A stretch of DNA of 64,000 nucleotides from Cyanobacteria bacterium P01_F01_bin.150 (GCA_039189765.1 JBCCYL010000011.1:1-64000); one strand, 5' to 3'. Counted from the stretch's first letter, positions 1-10,503 are shown. Notes: generated by a model not told the origin, from the sequence alone. Translations and numbers: made by a program.

Positions 1-31
1 ACCCACACTCGCTGTGGGGCGCCCCCCCCCC

Positions 32-76
32 CACAACTCGTTCAAAATGAAAGAAACACGTCGTGTTTCTTAGGAG
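32..76. repeat. Dispersed palindromic (REP/MITE-like) repeat, copy 1
   Basis: Palindrome AAGAAACACG-T-CGTGTTTCTT (51-71); the 45-nt stretch matches the reverse complement of 23863-23907 at 43/45 positions. Confidence 0.8.
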
Positions 77-112
77 TAAAGAAGACCCTACATGGTAGAT
101 ATGGCAAGCATC

Positions 113-772
113 TTACTGGTAACGTTCACGACTGGGGCGACGGGGTTCCTTATTCGCCCGATTCTTTGCTTTCTCTGCACTCTTCTTCAAAGCCCGTAGA
201 CGGTCTTCATACTTGCGGCGCTCTTTACGCTTAGTGGATGTTTCAATAAGAAATTTTAGAGCACTTCCCAAACTTTTGTAGGCATTGGGCAAGCTGTAGC
301 CAAAACGAGTAGCAAGGGCGATCGCCTTCTCATCCGCTTCCTTTGCCTCTTTGAGCGTCTTCATTGAATTATTTCGCTGATAAAGGCGGAACCCCGAAAC
401 GCCGCACAATGCCAAAGCTAACAGTAAAAGCAGACCATCTTGCACCCAAAGTTCACCCACTGCTCCCCCAAGACCAATGGCAAGGGCCGCCATTTCCCAA
501 CCATCCTTTGGAATAGTATCATTTTGAACCCGGGCTACCTCATGCCAAAACAGCATATTACGCTGATCAAGGGCCAATTGCTCCCACTGCACCAAGTCAA
601 TCTGAATTTCCACTTGGTCTCGGCCCAGCTCTTCGGAGGTAATTAACAACGGATTAACAGCCGTTGCGCCTTCAACAGTGACCCAACTCTTCAATTCTGG
701 CGGCAACAGCGTCTTTAAACGTCGCAGTTCACTTAAGTCAGACCGGGCCGTCGAGGTTGCAAATGAGGTCAT
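113..772 (-). CDS. DUF3318-family cyanobacterial membrane protein
   Basis: 219-aa ORF with ELRRLKTLLPPEL and GWEMAALAIGLGGAVGELWVQDG motifs recalled for this family; two hydrophobic segments. Confidence 0.75.
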   Translation of the reverse strand: MTSFATSTARSDLSELRRLKTLLPPELKSWVTVEGATAVNPLLITSEELGRDQVEIQIDLVQWEQLALDQRNMLFWHEVARVQNDTIPKDGWEMAALAIGLGGAVGELWVQDGLLLLLALALCGVSGFRLYQRNNSMKTLKEAKEADEKAIALATRFGYSLPNAYKSLGSALKFLIETSTKRKERRKYEDRLRALKKSAEKAKNRANKEPRRPSRERYQ

Positions 773-1148
773 GAACGGAATCCTTGGAACAAGTAATTAC
801 CAATAATTAAGCTAATACGAAGAGGTGAAGACTGTCATGGAGGGAGAGCCGTACCTGAGCTGTCAAACATTCAAAAGAACGGATTGACTTTATAAGAATC
901 CACACCTTTTTGATGTATATACCTACATTAAGAGTATAGCGATTATGTTACACGGCATATCGCTAGCTTTGCCCCAACGTCCATTACCAGCATTAGGTGA
1001 GTCATTTCACCCGATGTATCAATGCTGAGCGTAGATATTGAGGAAGGTATATGAGATCGCGTTAATCAGTCGATGGCCCCTGTATAATTTCAACGTATTT
1101 TTTACAAATCGTTATCATCAGTAGCATCCTATCATCACCAAAACCATC

Positions 1149-4100
1149 ATGGTTAAGAAAACTGGGATTTCATCACTAACCGCCCTTGTGTTATTTGCGC
1201 TTGCGGTCCCTGAAGTTGGGCAAGCCATTCGACTCCCTCTCCACACACAGATCGCTCAAGTGCCAAATATCAGCCGTCTGAGGGAAAAATTTCCTTTTCC
1301 GGAGCAGGTCACCGCAGATACTCAAATCAAGATTGATGGGTCTTCAACAATGGTAGTGGTTAACGACACCCTGAAGCAGCAATTTGAATCCGACTTTTCA
1401 AATACACGGGTGGATATTGCCGCCAATGGAACAGGACCCGCACTGGAAAAGCTTCTTAATGGAGAATTAGATTTAGTGGCCTTAGGGCGACCTTTGACAC
1501 AGGCAGAGCGCGATCGCGGCCTAGAACAGGTAACGCTGGAACGTGAGAAGCTAGCGATTATTATTGGTCCCAATAATCCGTTTGAAGGGAACTTGACGTT
1601 TACCCAGTTTGCTCAGATTTTTCGAGGTGAAATCACCGATTGGTCAGAAGTTGGGGGAGAACCCGGTCCGATTAAGTTTATCGATCGCCCGGAAGATAGC
1701 GATACCCGCCTTGCGTTTGCCCCCTATGAAGCGTTTAGAGCAGCCCCATTTGAATCAGGATCGACCACCGTTCGAGTCGCTAATGATGATACTCAAGAAG
1801 TCATTGATACCTTGGGAGACAATGGCATTAGCTATGCGGTAGCAAGCCATGTTCTGGGGCTGGACACAGTCAAAATTGTGCCCATGCACAAAACTCTGCC
1901 TGATAATCCGGCCTATCCCTATTCCCAACCTCGGGCCTATGCCTACTCGGAACCTGCGAATGAATCAGTCAAAGCGTTTCTTGGTTATGGGTTAGCCGAT
2001 CAAGGGCAGACAGCGATCGCTCTTGCCCAGGAGACGGAAGCCCAGGCAATTGCCTCCGGTTTATCTTTAACAAGTGCGGTTAGCCCAATCACAAATGATA
2101 ATAGCGCTGCCTCAGGAATTGGAGACCCTACAAGTGGGGATAGTTCTGGGGATGATTCTGGGGATGGCGCGGCAGATAGTGAAGAGACTGGAGAGGCGAT
2201 CGCAACTGGAGATGGGGATGCCCAAACGGGGTCTGCGGGTGGAGCCAACGATGGGAACACAGAGGGAGATGCCGCTAACGCTGTGGCTGGAGGTAGTGAT
2301 AGCAGTGACAGTGATAGCAATGCCAGCGGTGATCCTAGTAACGAGGATATTGGTAATGAGGATATTAATGGTGGTAATAATGCTGGAGAAGCAGATAGTG
2401 AGACTTTATCACAAACAGATGGAGACTCTGGAACAGCCGATACAGTCAATGGTGCTGGAAACGAGACGGAAGAGTCTACGCCCACCAGTACAGATGGGAC
2501 AGGAAGCGATGCTGAAGAAGGACTCCCGATATGGTTTTGGTGGTTGCTTCCATTGGGAATACTAGGTCTACTGTTATGGGGCCTAATGGGTCGCAAGGAT
2601 TCTGAGCAAACCCCAGATCCTGACACCCCAGGTCCTGTCACCACTGATGCCAGCCTTAATAGCCGTACGCCCAATTTAGACGGTGCAAATGCTGGAGCCA
2701 CTTCCCCTGTTGCTGCAGAGAAACAGGCTGGGGATTTTGAAGAATCAGCCTATGGTGACGATAGTGATGATAGCCTAAGCGAAACGGATCTTCCCTCAGA
2801 GACAATGGCCATCCCTTCAGATGCGGGCATCGCACCTGAGCATACCGAAGCTAATGTGCCAGAAACTAATTTACCAGAAACTAATTTACTAGAAACTAAT
2901 TTGCCAGGAATTGGAGCAAAAGCAGGGGCTGCGATCGCCACTGGTACCGCACTGATAACAAGCTTATCCTTGTTGAAATCCGGTCGATCCCACGAGGCCC
3001 AAGCAAGCTTAGATGAAGCCGTTGCCCAGAATCCTAATGACGATGTCGCTTGGATCTTGCGGGGACAAACGTTGGCAGAAGCAGGGGAATGGGATCAATC
3101 AATAGCAAGCTATGATCGCGCTTTAGCGATTGATCCAGATTCTCCCGTTGCGTTGTCCGGCAAAGGAGTGGCGTTTACCCAGAAGGGACAGCCTGAAGTG
3201 GCGATCGCCTTTTACGATCAGGCCCTAGACGCCCAGAAACGCAGAAGTACTTCAAAGTTTGTGGATGCAGGGCTGCCATTGATGGGGGGAACCGCTCTAA
3301 CGGCTTCTATTTTGGCGGCTAAAGGCAAGGCTTTAGCTCATACTGGCAAGCCAACAGAAGCCTTCAGTACCCTAAACCAGGCGACTAACACTAACCCAGA
3401 TGATGCTGATGTTTGGACTGTCAAGGGCGACACCCTCGCCCCATTGGAACAGACTGAAGCGGCTTTGGCCAGTTACGATCGGGCAATTGAGCGACGTGAT
3501 TATTCACCAGCCGCCTACCTTGGAAAAGCTCGTATTCTTTCTGCCATCCCTCTCCGCACGAAAGATGCCCTCAGTCACTATGAGTGGACCACAACGCTGA
3601 CGCAAGAGACCGATGAAGATTGGCAAACAGAGAAGCAGCCACCAATGCCGCCTTCCTCTATTGAACCGAATCTATTGACTCCATTGTTAGTTGGGGGGAT
3701 AGCAATGGCAGGCATGACAGGCTCTAAAGTCCTAAAGGCAAAATCACTGGCTGGACAGGGACGCATACTAGTTGATACGGGGCAAAGGGAGCTTAACCAA
3801 CAGCAACCCCCTCCTGCTACTGTCAAGGCTGTAGAAATAGATACTTTTGCCCAAAATAATCTTGAAGAAAAGCTTTTTGGCGAAGAATTATCTACTTCTG
3901 CAATAAATCACTCTGTAGAAAATAATCTTGAAGAAAAGCTTTTTGGTCCAGAAGTCTCCTTTACCCCCGAAACTGTTGCTGAAATAAACAGCTCTGTAAA
4001 AGATAGTCTTGAAGAAAATCTTTTTGGCACAGAAGCATCCTATGCCACTACAAATACTTCTGAAATAGATAGCTCTACAGAAAGTAGTCTTGAAGAAAAT

Positions 4101-5075
4101 CTTTTCGGCACAGATAGCGTTGAAACAGATAGCGTTGAAGCAGATGATTTGGACACAGATGATTTTGAAGCAGATGATTTGGACACAGATAATTTTGGTT
4201 CAGACAGTTTTGAGGCAAATAGCTTCATAGCAGGTATTGATGGTCCAGATGGTACTGAAGACATAGATGGTGCTGAAGCAAGCATTACGTCAGAAGGTGG
4301 TTCGATACCCACAGAAGAAGACAATTTTAGGGAAGAACCAACTGGGCAAACTCGCATCGAACAGGGGTTGGCTAAATTGGAAACGGCGATCGCGACTAAT
4401 CCTCAAGATGCAACACTATACGTAGAGCAAAGTATGGCCTTTGCCAAATTAGGCAATCAGGAGGCCGCGATCGCCAGTATGGCCAAGGCTGAGTCTTTAC
4501 ATCCAGACCATCCAATTGTTCAGCTCTATAAAGGACATATGCTAATGGCCCTAGGCCAAGCTGGCAGAGCCCTTACCGTCTACAAGACGAGCTTAAATCT
4601 TGAAAAAGAGTATCCTGATGCAGTCTTAGCCAAAGGAACGGCCCTTGATAGCCTCGGACATCTAGAAGAGGCGATTATTACATTCAATCAGTTGATTGAT
4701 GAAGACATTGCGCCATCCACTACACTCATGACCCAAGCTGAAGCTCTTGGATTATCGCTTTTGGGGGCGAAGGCTCTCAAAGCTCATGCCTTAGAGGCGA
4801 AAGGTAATACATTAATCAGCCTGGGGTATACCGGAGCAGGGATAGAAAGCTTACAGCAAGCGGCTAACACTGATCCCACCAATCCTCAGATCTGGATTAG
4901 CCAAGGCAATGCCTTAACGGTAGCAAACCGACCCACTGAGGCGATCGCCAGTTTCGATAGAGCATTAGAGCTGGACCCAACCTCTACACAGGCATTGGTG
5001 GGAAAGGGCAATGGCCTCATACTTCTTAATCAAAAGGATGAGGCGGTTGGTGTTACTCTCCGTCACTTTTTGTGA
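1149..5075 (+). CDS. PstS-like substrate-binding domain + acidic linker + TM helix + TPR repeats
   Basis: Signal peptide; IDGSSTM and RPEDSDTR PBP motifs; WFWWLLPLGILGLLLW TM helix; several TPR motifs (A..SYDRALAIDP). Confidence 0.8.
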   Translation: MVKKTGISSLTALVLFALAVPEVGQAIRLPLHTQIAQVPNISRLREKFPFPEQVTADTQIKIDGSSTMVVVNDTLKQQFESDFSNTRVDIAANGTGPALEKLLNGELDLVALGRPLTQAERDRGLEQVTLEREKLAIIIGPNNPFEGNLTFTQFAQIFRGEITDWSEVGGEPGPIKFIDRPEDSDTRLAFAPYEAFRAAPFESGSTTVRVANDDTQEVIDTLGDNGISYAVASHVLGLDTVKIVPMHKTLPDNPAYPYSQPRAYAYSEPANESVKAFLGYGLADQGQTAIALAQETEAQAIASGLSLTSAVSPITNDNSAASGIGDPTSGDSSGDDSGDGAADSEETGEAIATGDGDAQTGSAGGANDGNTEGDAANAVAGGSDSSDSDSNASGDPSNEDIGNEDINGGNNAGEADSETLSQTDGDSGTADTVNGAGNETEESTPTSTDGTGSDAEEGLPIWFWWLLPLGILGLLLWGLMGRKDSEQTPDPDTPGPVTTDASLNSRTPNLDGANAGATSPVAAEKQAGDFEESAYGDDSDDSLSETDLPSETMAIPSDAGIAPEHTEANVPETNLPETNLLETNLPGIGAKAGAAIATGTALITSLSLLKSGRSHEAQASLDEAVAQNPNDDVAWILRGQTLAEAGEWDQSIASYDRALAIDPDSPVALSGKGVAFTQKGQPEVAIAFYDQALDAQKRRSTSKFVDAGLPLMGGTALTASILAAKGKALAHTGKPTEAFSTLNQATNTNPDDADVWTVKGDTLAPLEQTEAALASYDRAIERRDYSPAAYLGKARILSAIPLRTKDALSHYEWTTTLTQETDEDWQTEKQPPMPPSSIEPNLLTPLLVGGIAMAGMTGSKVLKAKSLAGQGRILVDTGQRELNQQQPPPATVKAVEIDTFAQNNLEEKLFGEELSTSAINHSVENNLEEKLFGPEVSFTPETVAEINSSVKDSLEENLFGTEASYATTNTSEIDSSTESSLEENLFGTDSVETDSVEADDLDTDDFEADDLDTDNFGSDSFEANSFIAGIDGPDGTEDIDGAEASITSEGGSIPTEEDNFREEPTGQTRIEQGLAKLETAIATNPQDATLYVEQSMAFAKLGNQEAAIASMAKAESLHPDHPIVQLYKGHMLMALGQAGRALTVYKTSLNLEKEYPDAVLAKGTALDSLGHLEEAIITFNQLIDEDIAPSTTLMTQAEALGLSLLGAKALKAHALEAKGNTLISLGYTGAGIESLQQAANTDPTNPQIWISQGNALTVANRPTEAIASFDRALELDPTSTQALVGKGNGLILLNQKDEAVGVTLRHFL
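3855..4200 (+). repeat. Intragenic tandem repeats (xxLEE[K/N]LFG x4; TDSVE and ADDLDTD repeats)
   Basis: cttgaagaaaa..tttt.gg units near 3855, 3921, 4002, 4083 (66/81/81-nt spacing), then 15/30-nt repeats. Confidence 0.85.
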
Positions 5076-5581
5076 TGTTCCATTGCAAATTCTTCCATTC
5101 AAACGGAGGTATGAGACCCTATACTTTTAATGGTAACGGGGTGTTTTCTCCAACTCAAACTGGGCTTCCATCCTCCAGTGCAAGACACTTGGAGAAGATT
5201 GAGGAATTTAGTAGCCGCCGCCGTGCGATTATTGATCTTCCTGGGTATGCTAGAGCTAACTCTGGGGTTTGCGGTTTATCAAGAAGATTGACAAAAGTGG
5301 TGAGCGTTTCTGGATTCCGATGTTCTCAACAAGAATCAACGCAATATAAGCAATATGATGGAGATAATCTTCGCTACATGTGTCAAATACATGGAGCGAT
5401 CGCAAAGAATTGTGGGTCTCTACCGACCTCTTGAGCTTCCAGATATGGGCGATTTTCAGAAGATTGCCGTAGAGTAAAGGGGATACGGTTTATTCCTGTA
5501 CGTTTTTCTCGGAATTGCTTGCCCTACAAGCATGTTTTAGCTCTCTCCTACAGCCTATTTACCATTCACACGTGAGCATCT

Positions 5582-8386
5582 ATGGCAACTTCCTCCTCAC
5601 ATCCTAATCAAGACCCTTCCACCTCTCAAGACAACACTACCCTCGATGCCGTGGTCGTTAGTTCCGATGCGGTAGTCCCCGAAGTAGTCCCGTCCGTTTT
5701 CGACGGCCAAGGGGGCAGTGAGGTTAGAAGCGCTGATGTTGTCGATGTTAACGTCACAACACCCAATGGACAACCTGAAGCAGCTATATCCGTCTCAGAT
5801 GCCAAGCCAGCGCCTATGCCAGAGTCTCCCGTTAGTTCATCCTCTCCAGGGGGAGCATTGGCAGCACCTCCGGGCAGTTTTTCTTCATTCTTAGCGCCTT
5901 TGAATAAGGAAAAGTTTGCTGTTGTTGTCAAAGATGTTGAAGAAAAACTCAAGGTCGTTCAAAGTACCTTGTCCATGATGGACTCTTTGAATGATAGCGA
6001 AGGGTTTGATGCCATTCTTGAAGAGATGTTGCAATCCATCAGTCTGAAGACTGGGGAGTTGCTGAACGCTGACCGTACCACTATTTATCTTCTGGATGAG
6101 GATAAAAACGAGCTATGGTCAATTTTGGCTAAGGATGAAAACGGTAATAGCTTGGAACTTCGGTTTCCTTCGGATAAAGGGATCGCAGGTGAATGCGCTA
6201 CGACCCGAAAAGTAATTCATATTCCAGCTCCTCCCTATCAAGATTTTTACGACGATCCCCGAGCCGCTTTTGCAAAGAAAACCGATCAAAAAACGGGGTA
6301 TCGGACACATACCATGCTGGTACTGCCGCTACTTGATGAGGACGAGAATCTTGTAGCGGTGGTACAGCTTATGAACAAGCTAAAGCTATCCTATGCTCCC
6401 AATGCACCTTTGGCCGATCGCGTGGACCCCGATGGCTTCAGTCAAGATGATGAAGACGTCTTTGAACAGTTTGCACCGTCAATTCGTCTGATTTTGGAGT
6501 CTTCCCGTTCATTTTACAAGGCGACCCAGCGTCAACGAGCTGCTGATGCATTGATGCAGGCAACAACTGCTCTGAGTCGCGGGAGTCTGGACTTAGAAGA
6601 AACCTTAAAGCAGGTGATGGATCAGGCGAAGGAGCTAATGCAAGCTGATCGCAGCACGTTATGGCTGTTAGATGAAGAAGGGGAAAAGCTGTGGACCCAA
6701 ATTCCCATTCAAGGCAAGCTTACGAAAATTGAGATTCCAAAAGATGCTGGATTTGCGGGGCAGGTCGCAACGACCGGAAAACCTGTGATTATTCCCTTCG
6801 ACTTATACAATCACCACAATGCAGAAACAGCAAAGGAAACAGACCAAAAAACAGGGTATCGCACCTGTAGCATGCTATGTATGCCCGTATACGACAGCAA
6901 AAACGAGTTAATTGGGGTGACTCAGTTAATCAATAAAAAACGCAAAGGAGAGTATCCTGAGTACAATCCAGTTGATTGGCCATCAGCACCAGAGTGCTGG
7001 AAAGCTAGCTTTGACCAAATTGATAAAGAGTTTATGCAGGTGTTCAACATCCAAGCAGGGGTAGCACTGCGTAACGCCAAGCTGTTCAATAAGGTGAAGC
7101 AGCAGGAGCAAATGCAGCGGGATATTCTGCGATCGCTCTCTAATGCAGTGATTTCAACGGATAAGCAAGGCTATGTAGTTGCAGCCAACGAAAGTGCCCA
7201 AAAACTCTTACATCAGGGTGACATGGCCCTGGAAGGACGGCAGATCACCGAACTCATTCGCCTCAAAGAGAAGAATTTTGCTGACTGCTTTGACCGAGCA
7301 TTGCAGGCCGCAGAAAAGCAAGATCGGGAGCAATACTATCCTGAGCAGACATTGCTAGCGACAACGTCCAATGGCAATGATGCTGACGGTTCAGAAGATG
7401 CAATTTCCAGCGTACATTTGTCGATTAACACCATAACCGATGTGGAAAATCCCACAAATGTATCCGGCGCTTTAGTGGTAATGGATGATATCAGCGATGA
7501 AAAGCGCTTGAAAAGCACCATGTATCGCTACATGAGTCAGGAAGTGGCAGATCAAATGATTGCTGGGGGTGAGGACGCCAAGCTTGGGGGCGATCGCAAG
7601 GATGTGTCCGTGCTCTTCTCTGATATTCGCAGCTTCACTACTATTTCTGAGGAAATGGATGCAGAAGAGCTGGTGGAGATGCTCAACGAGTACTTTGAAC
7701 GGATGGTAGATGCAGTCTTCCATTTCCAAGGCACTCTGGATAAATACATTGGGGATGCCATCATGGCAGTGTTTGGGTCTCCATTGGTGTTAGAGAATCA
7801 TGCTTGGCAAGCTGTACAAACTAGCGTAGAGATGCGTCATCGGCTGGCAGACTTTAATGCCAAACGGGCTACAGCTGATAAGCGGACCATTAGCATTGGT
7901 ATTGGCATCAATTCCGGGGATGTGATTAGTGGCAATATTGGTTCCACCAAGAGGATGGAGTTCACGGCTATCGGCGATGGGGTTAATCTGGGAGCGCGAT
8001 TGGAAGGAGCCACTAAACAATATGGCTGCGATATCATCATTAGTGAAAACACCTACGAACCCTGCAAAGATTTGGTATGGGTAAGGGATTTAGACTGTAT
8101 TCGAGTAAAAGGAAAAAATAAGCCAGTCACAATTTATGAACTGGTAGAGCTTCACGATAGTCCTGTTCCAGACAATATTAAGCAAAAAATTGAGCTATAT
8201 CGTGATGGTCGTCAGTTCTATCTGGATCGAAAATTCTCCAGAGCAATGGGTAAATTTGGTGAAATTCTAGAGGATATTGATAACAAGGACAAAGCCTCTC
8301 AGATTCAGCTCAGCCGTTGTCAACACTGGCTGCAGAATCCACCAGAAGATGATTGGGATGGAGTGTGGTCTCTGAAAGAAAAATAA
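5582..8386 (+). CDS. cyaB: Class III adenylate cyclase, GAF-GAF-PAS-cyclase (CyaB-type)
   Basis: Two GAF domains (ADRTTIYLLD, ADRSTLWLLD), PAS, then FSDIRSFT / LDKYIGD / FTAIGDGVNLGARLE catalytic motifs. Confidence 0.9.
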   Translation: MATSSSHPNQDPSTSQDNTTLDAVVVSSDAVVPEVVPSVFDGQGGSEVRSADVVDVNVTTPNGQPEAAISVSDAKPAPMPESPVSSSSPGGALAAPPGSFSSFLAPLNKEKFAVVVKDVEEKLKVVQSTLSMMDSLNDSEGFDAILEEMLQSISLKTGELLNADRTTIYLLDEDKNELWSILAKDENGNSLELRFPSDKGIAGECATTRKVIHIPAPPYQDFYDDPRAAFAKKTDQKTGYRTHTMLVLPLLDEDENLVAVVQLMNKLKLSYAPNAPLADRVDPDGFSQDDEDVFEQFAPSIRLILESSRSFYKATQRQRAADALMQATTALSRGSLDLEETLKQVMDQAKELMQADRSTLWLLDEEGEKLWTQIPIQGKLTKIEIPKDAGFAGQVATTGKPVIIPFDLYNHHNAETAKETDQKTGYRTCSMLCMPVYDSKNELIGVTQLINKKRKGEYPEYNPVDWPSAPECWKASFDQIDKEFMQVFNIQAGVALRNAKLFNKVKQQEQMQRDILRSLSNAVISTDKQGYVVAANESAQKLLHQGDMALEGRQITELIRLKEKNFADCFDRALQAAEKQDREQYYPEQTLLATTSNGNDADGSEDAISSVHLSINTITDVENPTNVSGALVVMDDISDEKRLKSTMYRYMSQEVADQMIAGGEDAKLGGDRKDVSVLFSDIRSFTTISEEMDAEELVEMLNEYFERMVDAVFHFQGTLDKYIGDAIMAVFGSPLVLENHAWQAVQTSVEMRHRLADFNAKRATADKRTISIGIGINSGDVISGNIGSTKRMEFTAIGDGVNLGARLEGATKQYGCDIIISENTYEPCKDLVWVRDLDCIRVKGKNKPVTIYELVELHDSPVPDNIKQKIELYRDGRQFYLDRKFSRAMGKFGEILEDIDNKDKASQIQLSRCQHWLQNPPEDDWDGVWSLKEK

Positions 8387-8502
8387 TAGTATCGGTCGAA
8401 GATAGATGTAAAATTGAACACAGTTTAGAAGATGTACCCAATACATTGGTGTAGTTCAGTTCGGGCATTTTCTACCATCTGTTATTCTGCGGCTGACTGT
8501 CC

Positions 8503-10266
8503 ATGGCACATTCCTCTTCTTTTCATTCGAGGGCTTCCGATTCTACTGTTTCTGGGGCTGGCTTTCGCAATGAAGGGTCTAAAGTCGATACTAATCAATA
8601 CGATGAGGACTCGACTTCACCATCTCCTTCATCCCAATCTCGTCCGATTCAAGCGTCTCCAACCAAAGACTCCAATGTTGAACGAGTAATTGCGGCGGTG
8701 GATGTAGGCACCAATTCCTTTCATTTAGTTGTGGTGACGATTCAGCCCAACATCCCAGCATTTAAAATTATTGCCCAAGAGAAAGACATGGTGCGCCTGG
8801 GCGATCGCGACCCTGTGACCAAAGATCTTACGCCAGAAGCCATGCAGCGAGGCATCAACGCTCTTAAGCGATATCAGGAGCTGGCCCGTAGTTTTAATGC
8901 GGAGTCTTTTATTGCTGTTGCAACAAGTGCAGTCAGAGAAGCGCCTAATGGCACAAAATTTTTACAGGATGTTCGACAGCAATTGGGCTTAGAAATTAAT
9001 TTAATTGCTGGAGAAGAGGAAGCTCGTCAAATTTATTTGGGCGTCTTATCCACCCTAGAATTTAATGAACAGCCCCATATTATTATCGATATTGGCGGTG
9101 GTTCCACTGAGCTAATTTTAGGGGATGGTCATGAAGCTCGTAGCTTAAGCAGCACGAAAGTTGGGGCCGTACGCTTGACCAGTGAGTTAGTGACGACGGA
9201 TCCGATCAGTGGTCATGAATTTACAACCCTACAAGCCTATGCCAGAGGAATGTTGGAACGGGCGGTGGATGAGTTAAAAGCCCATGTAAAAAAAGGGGAG
9301 CAGCCCAAATTAATCGGTACCTCTGGCACTATTGAGGCGATCGCTGAAATTCATGCTAACAACCATTTAGACAATCCGCCCCAAACCTTTAATGGGTATG
9401 AAGTCACCCTTGAAGAACTGGATACTATCATTAAGCGATTGCGCAAGCGAACCTTGGCACAGCGCTTAGAACTGCCGGGGTTATCTGAACGCCGAGCTGA
9501 GATTATTGTCGCGGGCGCAGTGGTTCTCCATGAAGCGATGAAATTGCTGGGGGCAAGATCATTCCAGGTGTGTGAGCGATCGCTCCGAGAGGGCGTTATT
9601 GTTGACTGGATGTTGACCCACGGGTTGATTGAAGATCGATTACGCTATCAGCAATCCATTCGCAAACGCAGCGTAAAGCATGTCGCCCATAAGTTCAATG
9701 TGGACAATCCCCATGAAGAGCGAGTGGCATGTTTGGCGTTGAGCTTATTTGACCAGACGCGGGAGACGCTTCATTTTTGGGACGATAACCATCGGGAAAT
9801 GCTCTGGGCCGCAGGAATGTTGCACAATTGTGGACACTTTGTACGTCACTCGGCCCATCATAAGCACTCCTATTATCTGATTCGCAATAGCGGTCTGCTG
9901 GGATTTACTGAGATTGAGATTGAACTTATTGCGAATATTGCTCGCTATCATCGCAAAAGTCCACCGAAAAAGAAGCATGATGCCTATCGGAGCTTGCCAA
10001 GCGATCGCCACCGCTGCGTTGTTGACCAGCTTAGTGCCATGTTACGAATTGCAGTGGCATTGGACCGACGACAGGTTGGAGCCATTAAAGCCATTCAGTG
10101 TGCCTACAATATTGAGGACAAAGACCTGTCTTTGAATATGTATGCGGCATTTCCTGGGGATGAGTGTAGCCTGGAATTATGGAGCTTGGATGAGAGAAAG
10201 ACCTGCTTTGAAGCGGCCTTTGGGGTAACCGTGATTCCTGTGATAAAGACTGTTTCTCTAGCTTAA
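8503..10266 (+). CDS. ppx: Exopolyphosphatase Ppx/GppA
   Basis: DVGTNSFHL, ATSAVREA, DIGGGSTE motifs plus C-terminal HD-like domain. Confidence 0.92.
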   Translation: MAHSSSFHSRASDSTVSGAGFRNEGSKVDTNQYDEDSTSPSPSSQSRPIQASPTKDSNVERVIAAVDVGTNSFHLVVVTIQPNIPAFKIIAQEKDMVRLGDRDPVTKDLTPEAMQRGINALKRYQELARSFNAESFIAVATSAVREAPNGTKFLQDVRQQLGLEINLIAGEEEARQIYLGVLSTLEFNEQPHIIIDIGGGSTELILGDGHEARSLSSTKVGAVRLTSELVTTDPISGHEFTTLQAYARGMLERAVDELKAHVKKGEQPKLIGTSGTIEAIAEIHANNHLDNPPQTFNGYEVTLEELDTIIKRLRKRTLAQRLELPGLSERRAEIIVAGAVVLHEAMKLLGARSFQVCERSLREGVIVDWMLTHGLIEDRLRYQQSIRKRSVKHVAHKFNVDNPHEERVACLALSLFDQTRETLHFWDDNHREMLWAAGMLHNCGHFVRHSAHHKHSYYLIRNSGLLGFTEIEIELIANIARYHRKSPPKKKHDAYRSLPSDRHRCVVDQLSAMLRIAVALDRRQVGAIKAIQCAYNIEDKDLSLNMYAAFPGDECSLELWSLDERKTCFEAAFGVTVIPVIKTVSLA

Positions 10267-10293
10267 AACTACTGAAAACGATTGTTTAAAATT

Positions 10294-10329
10294 AAAAGCC
10301 CCCGGAGACTCTATCCTGACCTCCGGGGC
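10294..10329 (-). terminator. Intrinsic terminator between ppx and the minus-strand RNA (possibly bidirectional)
   Basis: Minus strand GCCCCGGAG-loop-CTCCGGGGGC followed by TTTT. Confidence 0.75.
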
Positions 10330-10341
10330 AATGAAATAAAA

Positions 10342-10496
10342 CGCAGTAGTCATTACACCATAGTTAAAATTTTAGGAATCAATCGTTAAGCCTTGATGTT
10401 TTTCCACTAGACTACCGCTGCATGAAATTGGAGCAGCGGACAGGATTCGAACCTGCGTCTCACGGCGTTGTTCCCACAAATCTGATGTCAACTGCG
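10342..10496 (-). ncRNA. YrlA/Y-RNA-like tRNA-mimic RNA, module B
   Basis: Minus strand T-arm GCAGG-TTCGAAT-CCTGT, acceptor CCGCTGC-TCCA-ATTTCAT-GCAGCGG, then TA-GTCT-AGTGGAA-AAAC D-arm, enclosed by a long bulged stem (CGCAGT...ACTGCG). Confidence 0.7.
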
Positions 10497-10503
10497 AGGA
10501 TTT

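Noticed and set aside
2000..2701. 233-aa antisense ORF and other shadow ORFs overlapping real genes
   Set aside because: Antisense of low-complexity coding DNA; no independent evidence
3855..4110. Spaced repeats resembling a CRISPR array
   Set aside because: In-frame, degenerate, unevenly spaced coding repeats; no cas genes in the window
5072..5434. 120-aa ORF after the PBP-TPR gene
   Set aside because: No recognisable motif or RBS; probably spurious
10429..10500. Conventional tRNA gene or tRNA 3' attachment-site remnant ending in TCCA
   Set aside because: The matching 5' acceptor strand and D-arm lie downstream of the CCA rather than upstream; no anticodon arm and no integrase nearby
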